Positions 38,953-51,994 are shown, numbered from the stretch's first letter. The stretch: 64,000 nt of DNA from Octopus sinensis (GCF_006345805.1 NC_043013.1:8432001-8496000); one strand, 5' to 3'. Notes: generated from the letters alone by a model not told the origin. Numbers and translations: made by a program.

Positions 38953-40965
38953 CATGCCTGATTTAGACACATTGAATTATTTAACCAGATCTAGTATAAG
39001 TTGTACTTGTTTATATTCTTTGGGGTTTTCTTTTCATCTCCCTAAATATGCCCAGATGCTTGAATTAATTCATATATTAATCCCAATTACCCAGAGTATT
39101 AGTGATTATCTCTTTAGAGATAATTTCCTTAGAATTCAGTCAATGACAAAATAAATGTCTTCCTGATTTATATTGCTGACAAAATTTACTTCGAGCTAAG
39201 TGCATTTAGACCATTGAGAGTTAATTGTTATGACCATAGGCATAATACAGTACCAATGACAGGATACAGACTCTTAATTCAGCTGGTTGTCCAGGTATCA
39301 CTGGTTAATTTTGATCACACTGCCCAAATAGTAGCCAGACACTAGCCAGCCATTTCCACAGTTAGATAGGTTTCCCAGACTAAAATCTATAAATGTGTAA
39401 TTTTTTCTGCAAAGTGGGGAGAAATCCAAAGACAAGATATCATTCATTGAGGCCTCCACAAGTAAGGGTTGTTTGTGTATCTGCACCTGTATGTGCTGGG
39501 GCTTGGGAAATATGTTTTGCTGACGTTTAACAATTACCTATACATGAATGAAAGACTAGACTCTGCAGGGTGGCTTCATATTGAACATTAGGCCATGACT
39601 TTTCACTACTAACCTTCTTACTTGGTTGTTATTTTCTACCATCACTCTCTGTACATTTGTCCATGTTTTCAATACTTCGATGTTAAATGGTTCAAACATT
39701 GGTTTCAATCTAGCCTTAACAATCTTCTCTTTGGTAGGCATAGTTTGTCATGAATTCCTGCCAGAAATACTATAGCATGAGCACAAGATCACCGTAGAGA
39801 TTTATGGGTACATTTCAGGTTGATTCTACTTATCTTATTGTTGGTGCTCAACAGAAAGTGGGCTCTGCTGAATGGGCTCTGCTGAGTGGGCTCATACTGA
39901 ACCCCTGGTCATATCAGGTGTTATAGTTTGGAGAGATCCACGCCTTAATAGGGGACAAAAGTCACTCAACTACATTGATGTTATTGGTAAACAGACATGG
40001 CATGAAAAATTAAGGTCCTACCAAAACTAAAACAGGACAGATTTTTGGTGCAGCTGATGAAAGAATTTCAGTTTTGGCTGCTTAAAGAACAAGAAAATTA
40101 ACTGATTCTGATTTCCTGTCTAATAGGAACACCCAAGCCAATGAAAGTTCCTTTACAGGACTGCTCATCTTGCGAGAAATAGCAGCCAAATTTCTCTCAG
40201 ATTACATTCAACTGTTCAAAAATATAGAAATAACACATTGTCATCCTGGAGACACTAAAAGACAGAATGATCACAGTTGGAATAATTTTTACCATGAGTC
40301 TGCTCAATACAGAGCTAAACAATGACAGCAGAAACTGTAGTGATAACAAAGAGTAAGCATCAATTTTATGAAATGTCTTTAAGAAGAACTTCACTTTCAG
40401 GAAACAGAGACATATTTCTCAGTTTCTTTATTTCTGGTACAATTGACTTTGAAGTCATTTTTGGTTGCAACATACCTTAATTTTTTCATATATATTCTTT
40501 TAACTACAGTTAGGCCTTATTAAAGAAAATATTTCTCATTTTTAATCATTGAAATATGAAGATATTAGAAAGACATGTCTTTACAACCACTGTCAGCATT
40601 TACTAACCATTGCATTATTTGACTGCTGTGTGCAATTTATGCTTATAACTGTTCTCTGTAATATCAAGATGTATAACCTTTTTGTTAGTTGTTTGTGTTT
40701 ATGAAGCATCACAATATGTAAATGGTGCTACTATTTCATACAGTATTGATACAAGTTTGTATTATAAGCCACAAATTGATTTTAGGTTTATAAAAAAGGA
40801 CTCGGCTCTATTTCTTCTTTTTTAAAGGGTTTCATCATTTTCTTTTTTCTCATAACAGGGTTAATTATTATTCTTCTATGTTAGGGGTTCCCAATATGGC
40901 AGAGCCTGTTTGTTTCTCCCATCTCTAGAGTTTACTAAGCATGGTAAGGTTATGATATTCCCCTT

Positions 40966-41010
<45 letters not shown>

Positions 41011-41047
41011 AACATGCATATGTGTATATATACATATATATATATAT

Positions 41048-41470
41048 GCCCCTCTGGTGAATCTGACATGTCATGTAAAGCTATAGGTTGGCCCTGCCCC
41101 TTTAGTGAATCTGACATGTCATATAATGTTATGGGCTGGGTCTGCCCCTCTGGCAAATCTCCAACATGTAATGTTATGGTTTTGGTCTACCCCTCTGGCG
41201 AATCTGACATGTCATGTAATATTATGGGTTGGGTCTGCCCCTCTGGCAAATCTGACATGTCATGTAATGTTATGGGTTGGGCCTGCCCCTCTGGCGAATC
41301 TCTGACATGTCATGTAATGTTATGGCTTGGCTCTGCCCCTCTGGCGAATCTCTGACATGTCATGTAATGTTATGGGTTGGGTCTGCCCCTCTGGCGAATC
41401 TCTGACATGTCATGTAATGTTATGGATTGGCACTGCCCTGGCAAATCCCCACCAACATGTGTCTTTATGG
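41048..41470. repeat. Minisatellite, about 9 units of 45-50 bp
   Basis: Units start at 41048, 41096, 41144, 41189, 41237, 41285, 41335, 41385, 41435; consensus gcccctctggcgaatctgacatgtcatgtaatgttatgggttgggtct. Confidence 0.92.
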
Positions 41471-41561
41471 CATTGAACTGATGAGCGTTGTGGAATTTCT
41501 GCCCACTTTTCATGCAACAATCAAAAGAATTCACCTTTAGCTTTAGGTTTCTGTCGAGTTT

Positions 41562-42126
41562 TTCGGTTGTCTGGAAAGTTCATGCCGATTTATAGTAGCC
41601 TACCTTTCGACTTATTTTAGAACATGATTGAGTCCATAAAATAGGATTTGACTACACCTCCATTTAGAGCACAGTTTAAGCTATCTTCTCAGGGAAGAAG
41701 ATTTATTTTCTTCTAACCTGTGTTAATTCTGTAACCCTTTAAAATGGAAGATAAGAAAGTTCATTTTCGGCACTTGATGCTTTGAGAACCAGACGAAAAT
41801 TGCTGCAGCTCGGCTGGGATGTGTTACTCCACCCTCCATATTCACCAGATATTGCTCCTTCGGATTTCCACTTATTCAGGTCTCTGCAGAATAGTCTTAA
41901 TGGTAAAAATTTCTATTCCTCGGATGACATAAAAAGATACCTTGATGAATTCTTTGCCATGAAACCACCTCAATTCTGGGAAGAGGGTATTTTTAAGTTA
42001 AAGGAAAGATGGAGACACATTGTGCTACAAAATGGTTCATATTTGGTTGATTAAAAATGTAATGGCAAGTATTTATTGACCTTTTTCTTTCCTTTAAAAT
42101 CAGCACAAACTTTCCAGACAACCCAA
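41562..42126 (+). mobile_element. Internally deleted mariner element (565 bp)
   Basis: TIRs ttcggttgtctggaaagtt... / ...aactttccagacaacccaa|TA; N-terminal MEDKKVHFRHLML* (ATG 41744) joined to C-terminal ...LGWDVLLHPPYSPDIAPSDFHLFRSL... Confidence 0.9.
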
Positions 42127-42471
42127 TATATTTCATTTTTGGATTTGGTTTGCAAGATTCTTTATATGAGTTTGTGTGTTAAAGCATATACTGTTGTGTC
42201 TGAGGAGAGACATTCTCTTTTGGTGCTTTGTGGTTTAACGCGCTCACCAATGGAGTTTCCACTTATTTCTTTTTTATTTTTCTAAAATTTTTGTTGCGTC
42301 TTGCAACCTTTTCAATAGTTTTGAGAGTCAAAACTATTGAAAGGGTTGCGGGACGCAGAAGGAATTTTGGAGGAATGTGGGGGAAATGGATGGAAGTTTT
42401 ACCGGTGAGTGTGTTGAGTTGTAGGGCACCAGAAGAGAGTGACTCTCCCCAGACACAGTATATATATATAT

Positions 42472-42508
<37 letters not shown>

Positions 42509-42523
42509 GGGAGAGAGAGAACA

Positions 42524-43724
42524 ACTTCCGCCACATTCCAGGGAGAAAAACTAGAAGTAGTTGATAGCTTCCATTACCTAGGTGACCACGTCAGTTGCAG
42601 GGGAGCGTGCGCTGAAAGTGTAGCTGCTAGAATAAGAATAACCTGGGCAAAGTTCAGTGAGCTCTTACCTCTGCTGGTGACAAAGGGCCTCTCGATCAGA
42701 GTAAAAGGTAGACTGTATGATGCATGTGTACGAAAAGCCATGCTACATGGCAGTGAAACATGGGCTGTGACTGCTGTGGACATGCGTAAGCTCACAAGTA
42801 ATGAAGCCAGTATGATCCGATGGATGTGTAATGTCAGTATGTATACTCGACAGAGTGTAAATACCTTGAGAGAAAAGTTGGACCTAAGAAGCATCAGATG
42901 TAGTGTGCAAGAGAGACAACTGCGCTGGTATGGTCATGTGGTGAGAATGGATGGGGATAGCTGTGTGAAAAAGTACCACACCCTAGCTGTTGAGGCAACC
43001 TATGGAAGAGGTAGACCCAGGAGGACCTGGGAGGTGGTGGTGAAGCACGACCTTCAAACATTAGGCCTCATCGAGGCAATTACTAGTCACCGAGACTTTT
43101 GGAAATATGCTGTGCTTGAGAAGACCCAGCAAGCCAAATGAGACCATAACATCGCGGCCTATGCCAGGGGTGTAACCAGCCCACTTATGCATACCTTTCC
43201 TTCATTGGACACTAAACTCTGCTTGCGATGACCTGTTGAGGCAAGTGAAATCAAAATCAAAATCAAATTTGATGACTGGCATCTGTGCTAGTGGAGCACT
43301 AAGAGCACCATCTGAGCGTGATCATTGCCAGTGCAGCTAACTGGCTTTGATGCCGGTGGCACGTAAAAAGCACCATTTGAGCGTGATCATTACCAGCATT
43401 GCCTTACTGGCACTTGTGCTGGTGGCACCTGACAAACTTTCAAGTGAGGTCATTGCCAGTGCCGCTGGACTGGCTCCTGTGCAGGTGGCACATAAAAAAA
43501 TCACCATTTGAGCATGGCCGTTGCCAGTATCAACTGACTGGCCCTCATGCTAGTGGCACGTAAAAGCACGCACTACACTCACGGAGTGGTTGGCGTTAGG
43601 AAGGGCATCCAGCTGTAGAAACACTACCAGATTAAGATTGGAGTGCCAGTCCTCAGTCAAATCGTCCAATCCATGCAAGCATGGAAAGCGGACATTAAAC
43701 GATGATGATGATGATGATGATGAT
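42524..43724 (+). mobile_element. 5'-truncated RTE-clade LINE: end of ORF2 (42524..43141) plus 3'UTR with tandem subrepeats and (GAT)n tail
   Basis: Open frame ...EKLEVVDSFHYLGD...RLYDACVRKAMLHGSETW...RQLRWYGHVVRM...RGRPRRTW typical of the RTE post-RT region. Confidence 0.88.
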
Positions 43725-44084
43725 AGATGTTTCCTGGCTAACAATGACTGAAACAAGTAAGAGTATATATATATATTATATATATATATATATACATACA
43801 TACATATATTAATGAAGTATAAAGAAAGGAAAAATAGTTTGTTTTTATGTTCAGCTATAATAATTTGCATTAATCTGATGGGTTACTCTATGCTTTTGAA
43901 GAGTACAAATTTATCATTGTTCAACAAAAATGTAGTTGATAGTGACTTAGGTGATTCAACCAGCTAAGCCTTCATTGGCTATCTGACGATGGTTTAGCTG
44001 AACAAAACTTCAAAGTCACTGTCAACAACATTCTTGTTTAAGAAATATATATATATATATATGCGTGTGTGTGTGTGTGTGTGT

Positions 44085-44389
44085 GTTGTTTGTTCCTTCT
44101 CGAGCCATGCCTGGCTCATAAGGGCCGGTTTTCCGGTTTCCTTGGCATATAGGTTCCCCATCTGGATGGGACGCCGGTCGGTCATAGGTGAGCTGCAAGT
44201 TGCTGGAGAAAAGAGTGAGAGAAAGTTGTGGCGAAAGGGTCAACAGAAGTTCACCATTACCTTCTGCCAGAGCCATGAGGAGCTTAGTTGTTTTGCTCAT
44301 AAACACACACATTGCCCAGTCTAAGAAATGAACCCATGATCTCTCGACTGCAAGTTCACTGCTCTAACCACTAGGCCATGTGCCTCTGC
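44085..44389 (-). mobile_element. SINE D
   Basis: Matches 63046..63346. Confidence 0.82.
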
Positions 44390-45502
44390 ACTCACACACA
44401 TATATCATTTCGCCGAGGTTGACTTTGCCTTTCATCCTTTCAGGGTTGATAAATTAAGTACCAGTTACACACTGGGGTCAATGTAACCGAGTTAAGCCCT
44501 TTGTCTGTCTTTGTATGTCCCCTCTGTGTTTAGCCCCCTGTGGGCAATAAAGAAATATATATATATATATCGTTGTCGTCATCATCATCTGTTTATCTCA
44601 CTAAAGCTTTTGCTGTTTGGGAACAAAAATATTTCTCTCTCCAGTTCAGTCTCATACCGTTTGTAACTCAGGAGTGTATACAAGTGTTACCAATTCCAAA
44701 ACTGACCAAATTCAGTCTCTTTAACTTCGGCTGTTTGACATGACTGTTACTCTTGTTTCCAGCAATAATTTCTTGTACTTTATACATAAATATTCTTCAA
44801 CATCTTGAGGCTTACTGGAGTTTAAAGATCGTTTGTGTGTATATATATGTCTTTATATGTATGTGTGTTTCAAAACACAAATTTGTGATTGTTGAAAAAT
44901 TAAGCTGAATGTTTACGGAAGGGGAAAATTTTCATTAAATTTTTCATATGGTTTCTCAAATACCAAAGTTTAAAAGAAATTATTATATTATAAAATTTAT
45001 AAGTACTACCAAATTAGTATTTTTTAAAAAAATGCTACTTAATAGTCAAAACAATTAAAGTAGGAAACATAATTTCAGAAAAAAACATTATATATAACCA
45101 CAAATACACACAGAAACATACACATAAATATATATGTATTATGATGTATGTATACAGAGTTTAATTTAATGAATTGAATTTTGTTTTTTTGATTTTGATA
45201 TTTTTCTCTCCAATAATTTTAGAACAGTTCTTTAATAATTTACTTTATATTTTTTTTTCTTATTTCTATTTTGTTTCTACAATATATTATGTTATGTTTG
45301 AAATGAGATCATTTTTCTTTGACTTACACAATAAAAAAAATATGACTAGAAAACTCAAAGTAGGTTTTCTAATCATGGAAAATTTATTATGATTACAATA
45401 TTATTATTATTATTATTATTTAATAAATTTCAAAATTACTTGAATATATTGCCCAGAAATTAATATCATTTCTATCATCAATGTTATCATTATTAGTATT
45501 AC

Positions 45503-45562
<60 letters not shown>

Positions 45563-46587
45563 TATTATTTAGGTGGTGAGCTGGCAGAATCATTATCCCA
45601 TCTGAAGAAATGCGTAGTGACATTTTTTCTGGCTTTTTATATTCTGGGTTCAAATACTAGCAAGGTCAGCTTTGCCTTTCATCCTTTCAGGGTTGATAAA
45701 ATAAAGAACCATTTAATTACTGGTACTAACATAATCGACCAAAACCCCACCCTTAAAATTGCTGACCTTGTACTAAAATTAGAAATTATTATTATTACTG
45801 TTATTATTATTATATTATTATATTATTATTATTATTATTATATTATTATTATTATTATTATCATCATTATTTGTTGGGTTTATAGAAAACATTATGATGT
45901 TGAAAATATCTGGCTACAAGCTGGCAGAATTGTTAGCATGCCAGGCAAAATGCTTTGTAGCATTTTTGTCTGTCTTCGTGTTCTGAGTTCAAATTCTGCC
46001 AAAGTCAACTTTATCAATCCTTTCAGTGTTGATAAAATAAATACCAGCTGAACACTGGGGTCAATGTAATCAACTTACCCTCCACCCCTACCCACCCAGG
46101 AAATCACTGGCCATTTGCCAAAATTTGAAATTCTGAAAATTTTTATTATTCCTTGCTACATGAATAATTTATCTTCAATGCTATGCTATGCTTAGATATA
46201 TATATGTAGAGGCACAGTGGCAGGGTGGTTAAAATGCTTAGCTACTTTACTCTGAATCATGAGTTCAAATTCTGCCTCAGAAAATAAAATTTACCAAAAA
46301 CCAAAAAAAACAAAATGAAGATATTTTCTCTTGAGAAAAATTAACAGTGAACAAGGACTTGACTTTGTAGATAAAAATGTTCAGTTCCAGATATTCCACT
46401 TCCCATAATCCTTCCAGTTGTTGCTCATCTTCCTCCCCTGTTTCAAATAAATAAATAAAAATAATAAAAAAAAAAAACAAAACAAAAAAAACAACCAATC
46501 ACAGGTTACTGCCTACGTAAATGAGAGACAGACGTGAAGTCTGAAACCAAAATCCAGCATACTATGTCCATTAATTAACATCATCAC

Positions 46588-46630
<43 letters not shown>

Positions 46631-47270
46631 GGTGTTGGCATCTTTGTGATTACCATTATCAGCTTCATCATTAACATTTTCGACATTGGCATCACCGCCA
46701 CTACTACTATGACCAAAAGGACCAGAAATTTAAGTGGTTATTAAGTGCATGTGTGTGTGTGTGTGTATGTGTACACACATTTATATAATTGAAGTGTGTA
46801 TGTATGTATGCATATATATCTATATCTGCATATATAGATGTATACACACACACACACGTGTAATTGTGCATGTTTGCATATATATATATATTATATATAT
46901 ATATATATCATCATCAAGATTGGAGCCTGGTGCAGCCATCTGGTTCGCCAGTCCTCAGTCAAATCGTCCAACCCATGCTAGCATGGAAAGCGGATGTTAA
47001 ACGATGATGATGATTGATATATATATATATATATATATGCATACATATATATGATATGTAGATATAAGTATGTATGTATGCAGTTATGTATGTATGTATG
47101 TATGTATGGAAGTACATATCTGGTAAACTCCCTGTCATCAATTCACTGTTTTTTTTTTCTTCAATAAAATAGTTTTTAACTATTAATAGTGAGATACTAT
47201 GAATATACTTTCTTGGTAAACTTTCTTCACGGTGAATTGATGGCAGTGAACATACCTTTAATCATGTAAG

Positions 47271-47306
<36 letters not shown>

Positions 47307-47360
47307 TGTATGTATGTATGTATGCATGCATGCATGTATGTATGTATGAATGTATGTATG

Positions 47361-47391
<31 letters not shown>

Positions 47392-47845
47392 TAACTTTAT
47401 TCAATTGTAATTCAGTCTGAACAAATATTGGCCCATTAGAGGAGCCACTCAATAAATAAATAAATAAATGAATGCCACACTCACACTGAAGTGAATAGTA
47501 ATCAGCTCTGTCCAAAATATGCTTTGTGACCCAAGCAAATTTTCCATTACATTATTATCTTGCTTAGTAAACATTTTTTTATATATATATTACTTCTTAA
47601 ATGTTGTTGTTTTTGTTTGTTTTTTTTTCTAAATTTTAATTTTTACTGGAAATTTGAAGGACGTTGTTCTTATATATCTCTTCTGAAATAAATCTGTTTT
47701 CTGTTTCTCTGTGTTGTTTTGGTTTTATTATTTAAAAAATTTTTTTTTTTCATTTTTGCTTTTCACCATTATCTGTTAATCTATTATGAATACTTAAAGT
47801 AATCTATCTGATGTTCTAATGACTCAACCAATTCACCTATATTTT

Positions 47846-47908
<63 letters not shown>

Positions 47909-47924
47909 CACACACATATATATA

Positions 47925-47956
<32 letters not shown>

Positions 47957-47979
47957 TATTATAATATATATATATATAT

Positions 47980-48174
47980 TGGGAAAGTTTACGAAAAAAA
48001 CAAATGACGAAGACAAGTGGTGTACAAAACAAACAGATGTATTAGTATAACGCTCAGGAATAGAAAAAGTCTTTTACGTTTCGAGTCTATGCTCTTCTAC
48101 AGAAAAGGACACAGAAAACAGGTGAGAAACAAGGAAAGAAAAAAATGTGTGTAGTGGCTAACAATCTATCATGG
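47980..48174 (-). mobile_element. Repeat P2 with hammerhead-like motif (48070..48107)
   Basis: Minus strand: tttt-CTGTAGA-a-gagc-atag-actc-GAAAC-GTA-aaag; (TA)n on both sides. Confidence 0.58.
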
Positions 48175-48175
48175 C

Positions 48176-48212
<37 letters not shown>

Positions 48213-48327
48213 TATATATATAATATATATATATATATACGCACACACACACACAATATATATACATATATATATATACACACACACATACACATATATA
48301 TATACATATACACACACACACACACAC

Positions 48328-48360
<33 letters not shown>

Positions 48361-48362
48361 CA

Positions 48363-48423
<61 letters not shown>

Positions 48424-49011
48424 ATGAAAGATGTAAGTATTGCTGGAGAAAAAACTTTGCCATTAATGGTTCTTTTAAATGAAGTACTGGTGATATTTTT
48501 GTCCAAATTGCACAGAAAATACCTTGACAGTCTCACTGTCAAGAGTGAAATATGTCAGTAATTGGCCAATAGTAAACTTGTAAACACTGGCATTATTGCT
48601 CATGGAAAGAAATGTCTCAGTTCATAATGTGTTTTAACTTATGATTCGTCTGGTTATATCATGCAGGGGATTTCTAAAAATCATGAAATGGTGCTATATA
48701 TGATTATCTAAGACTACAAATTCTAAGACCTTCATAAAAAGTGAGCAAAATAAACCCCCAAAAATCAATGTTTTGTGCATCATCTTTCTTATCCCTTAAT
48801 TTCAGATTCAAACTTCTACTCCCTTGTACTATCAGGTCACTAGGGATAACTATGAATATAACAATAAATTAAACATGATACAGTGTTTCTGGAAAATAAA
48901 ATGAGACTGTCACAGCTGGATTGTCTTTCATCATAGATATGCTCTATCATGGCTGTTTTGCAGTTTGACAGCAACTCTTTAAGAAAACTAAAGAATATAT
49001 ATAATGATTTT

Positions 49012-49193
49012 GCGCAGGAGTGGCTGTATGGTAAGTAGCTTGCTAACCAACCACATGGTTCCGGGTTCAGTCCCACTGCGTGGCATCTTGGGCAAGTGTC
49101 TTCTGCTATAGCCCCGGGCCGACCAATGCCTTGTGAGTGGATTTGGTAGATGGAAACTGAAAGAAGCCTGTCGTATATATATATATATATATA

Positions 49194-49224
<31 letters not shown>

Positions 49225-49445
49225 CGTGTATGTTTGTGTGTCTGTGTTTGTCCCCCTGGCATTGCTTGACAACTGATGCTGGTGTGTTTACGTCCCCGTC
49301 ACTTAGCGGTTCAGCAAAAGAGACCGATAGAATAAGTACTGGGCTTACAAAGAATAAGTCCCGGGGTCGATTTGCTCGACTAAAGGTGGTGCTCCAGCAT
49401 GGCCGCAGTCAAATGACTGAAACAAGTAAAGAGAGTAGAAAGAGT
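49012..49445 (+). mobile_element. SINE B, full length
   Basis: Family similarity. Confidence 0.88.
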
Positions 49446-49781
49446 TCTATATGTTTGGGAAGTTTCTAACGATTAAAAACCAATTTAAGTTATTCCAGTT
49501 ATTAACAGATTTATAAAATGCTGTTAGTTATTAATATGTTCTAATTACTTATTTATGATAAAAATTAAGCTTTTGCACAAAATATCAGCCAATCATGTTT
49601 AAGATTATGATTAATACATACACATAAGATGTATATAATATATATATACAAGAGGTTTCCTTCTGGTTCCATCTATCAAATCCACTTACAAGGATTTGGT
49701 CAGCCCAAGGTTACAGTAGAAGACATTGCACAAGATGCCATGCAGTGGGACTGAACCCAGCACTATATATACATAATATAA

Positions 49782-50012
49782 GGCGGCGAGCTAGCAGAAA
49801 CGTTAGCGCGCCGGGCGAAATGCTTAGCGGTATTTTCGTCTGCCGTTACCTTCTGAGTTCAAATTCCGCCGAGGTCAACTTTGCCTTTCATCCTTTCGGG
49901 GTCGATAAATAAAGTACCAGTTTCGCACTGGGGTCGATATAATCGACTTAATCCCTTCGTCTGTCCTTGTTTGTCCCCTCTATGTTTAGCCCCTTCTGGG
50001 CAGTAAAGAAAT
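49782..50012 (+). mobile_element. SINE A, near-consensus
   Basis: Family similarity. Confidence 0.88.
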
Positions 50013-50068
50013 ATATATATACTAATATGTATATCTATCTTCTAGCTATCTTTACATATATATATATC

Positions 50069-50105
<37 letters not shown>

Positions 50106-50110
50106 ATATT

Positions 50111-50473
50111 GGCAGGGCTGGCCTGCTAGGTAGCCGGCCAGAATGCTAGAAAAAGATCATCAACGATCAAACTACAAGGGAAATTCTCTAGAGGAAGAAT
50201 TCAGCGGGGTTAGTCTTGCAGTTTGCATCTCGAGGACCGAATGTACTGATGAAGTCACGGACACTTGAATTATGCAAGTAATTCTTTTGTTAAGACCGAA
50301 ACCGAGGTATGCATTTAAGTCTGTCATTTATTTAATTTTTCATATGTCCTGCCCGCCAAATTTGGTTCTGGTGTTCGCTGAATTCTTCCTCTAGAGAATT
50401 TCCCTTGTAGTTTGATCGTTGATGATCTTTTTCTAGCATTCTGGCCGGCTACCTAGCAGGCCAGCCCTTTGCC
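50111..50473. mobile_element. Element with perfect 92-bp inverted repeats (50115-50206 / 50376-50467) enclosing a hammerhead motif; probable Penelope-like derivative
   Basis: Arms are exact reverse complements by eye; 169-bp spacer; no TSD found. Confidence 0.75.
50240..50315 (+). ncRNA. Type I hammerhead ribozyme candidate, predicted cleavage after GUA (50309)
   Basis: Stem I AAUGUA/UGCAUU (6 bp, one GU); CUGAUGA 50246-52; stem II (A)GUC...GAC(C); GAAA 50298-301; stem III AC-CGAG-GU; activity untested. Confidence 0.7.
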
Positions 50474-50639
50474 AAGATTACCACATATATTTGAATTTTC
50501 TCTGATCCTCAGATTTTTTGAGCTGGGCTACTGGTTTTAAATTATATTATAAATTAATATTAATTATCCCTCAATTTTTAATATATATATTATATATATA
50601 GTATATATATATATATAGTATATATTCTATATATATATA

Positions 50640-50682
<43 letters not shown>

Positions 50683-50689
50683 TATATAT

Positions 50690-51865
50690 CTAGCTGGTGT
50701 ACCCAGTAATTCCTGGGGATAAAGATGTTTTATTGAAATGCCTTATTACTCTGATATAAGAAAGCAATTTCATTAGAACTGCCACAAAAGGTGTATTTTC
50801 CATCATGCAAAATTACAAAAAACTGTCAGCTGGAGGAGGAAGAGATTGTTGGAGGTTGGCGAGAGAGGTTTTCTGAAGTTGGCAAGAAACATTGTTGGAG
50901 GTTGGTGAGAGGTTGTCAGAGGTTGGCGAGAGGCAAAGACAGAATTCTGCTTAGCGAAGGCATCTGGGAAACATATAACTGCTGTCATTCACAGAAAAAC
51001 TATTCTTTTACTGTGAGAAAAGCATTCTTGAAGTGTTGAGTGAAATTTGGCAATTGAGGATCGAATCCACGCTATGCTTGCATGTAGCCACTACAAATAT
51101 GTTTTGGAATAAAAATTTATCTATTGTCGTGGAAAATATGTAACTGTAAAAATGCAGAATTATCGGAGTAATGGGCATTCAAAAAAGTATGTATGTATAG
51201 AAATGTATGAATGAAGTCTTTAATGTTTAAGATTCAAATTAAGGAAGTGCAATAATAATGTTTAGCAGTTGAAAATGTGAGTAGTGAAATGCAGAAGTAG
51301 GTCAGCTGATCGTGAGAATCAAATATTGATCGCTTTACTAAATCTGCAGGTGGTTATTTCCCTTGAGCTGTTTAAATAAAGTATTAGTAATATGTAGTAG
51401 ATAGAAGGATCCATTGGAAGGGCTCTATTATAGATTCTTTTCAACAATCTAAGTATGTCACGAGGCTTCCAGACATGTGTTGTACTCACGTGTCAAATAA
51501 AGTATAAAAGAGATATTATCTGTAAAAATTAGAAATGGGACACACAAAAAATCAATATTCAAAGTAATCAAACATAAACAATGACAAGGGTTATTTCCCT
51601 TGAGTGTTTAAAAAATATTGTACAGGTGCTATGGGTTATTTCCCTTGTGTGTCTAAAAGAAAAGGAAATTAATTATATGAGGTAGATGTAAAGGTCCCAT
51701 TCAAAGGCCATATTATCGATTTTTCAACAAACTGAGTAGACCATGAGGTTTCCAAACATGATTTCTACTTACGTGTCAAGTTTCATAAAAATCAATGAAA
51801 CGATGTAGGAGGAGTCCGCTAACAATGCCACAAACAAACATACACCGATTTTCTACATATGTAGT
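50690..51865 (-). mobile_element. Non-autonomous Helitron-like element (~1.18 kb) with internal ~145-bp repeats
   Basis: Minus-strand 3' end CCCAG-gaatta-CTGGG hairpin (50702-17) + CTAG; 5' end resembles the Helitron lead-in ctacatatgtagaaaatcggtgtatgtttgtttgt; shares gttatttccctt with the 11377 Helitron; 5' TC degenerate. Confidence 0.6.
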
Positions 51866-51947
51866 ATATATATATATATATATATAATATATATATATAT
51901 ATGCATGTATTAATGTATGTATGTATGTATTATATATTATATATATC

Positions 51948-51994
<47 letters not shown>

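Noticed and set aside
41048-41470. Regularly spaced repeats as a CRISPR array
   Set aside because: Units are contiguous tandem copies with no unique spacers, there are no cas genes, and the context is eukaryotic.
43300-43580. gtggcacgtaaaaagcacc repeats with variable interspaces as a CRISPR-like array
   Set aside because: The interspaces are homologous to each other; this is the tandem region of an RTE 3'UTR.
50111-50473. Same superfamily as the Mutator MITE at 63380 because both start GGCA
   Set aside because: No 9-bp TSD and no TIR similarity beyond 4 nt.
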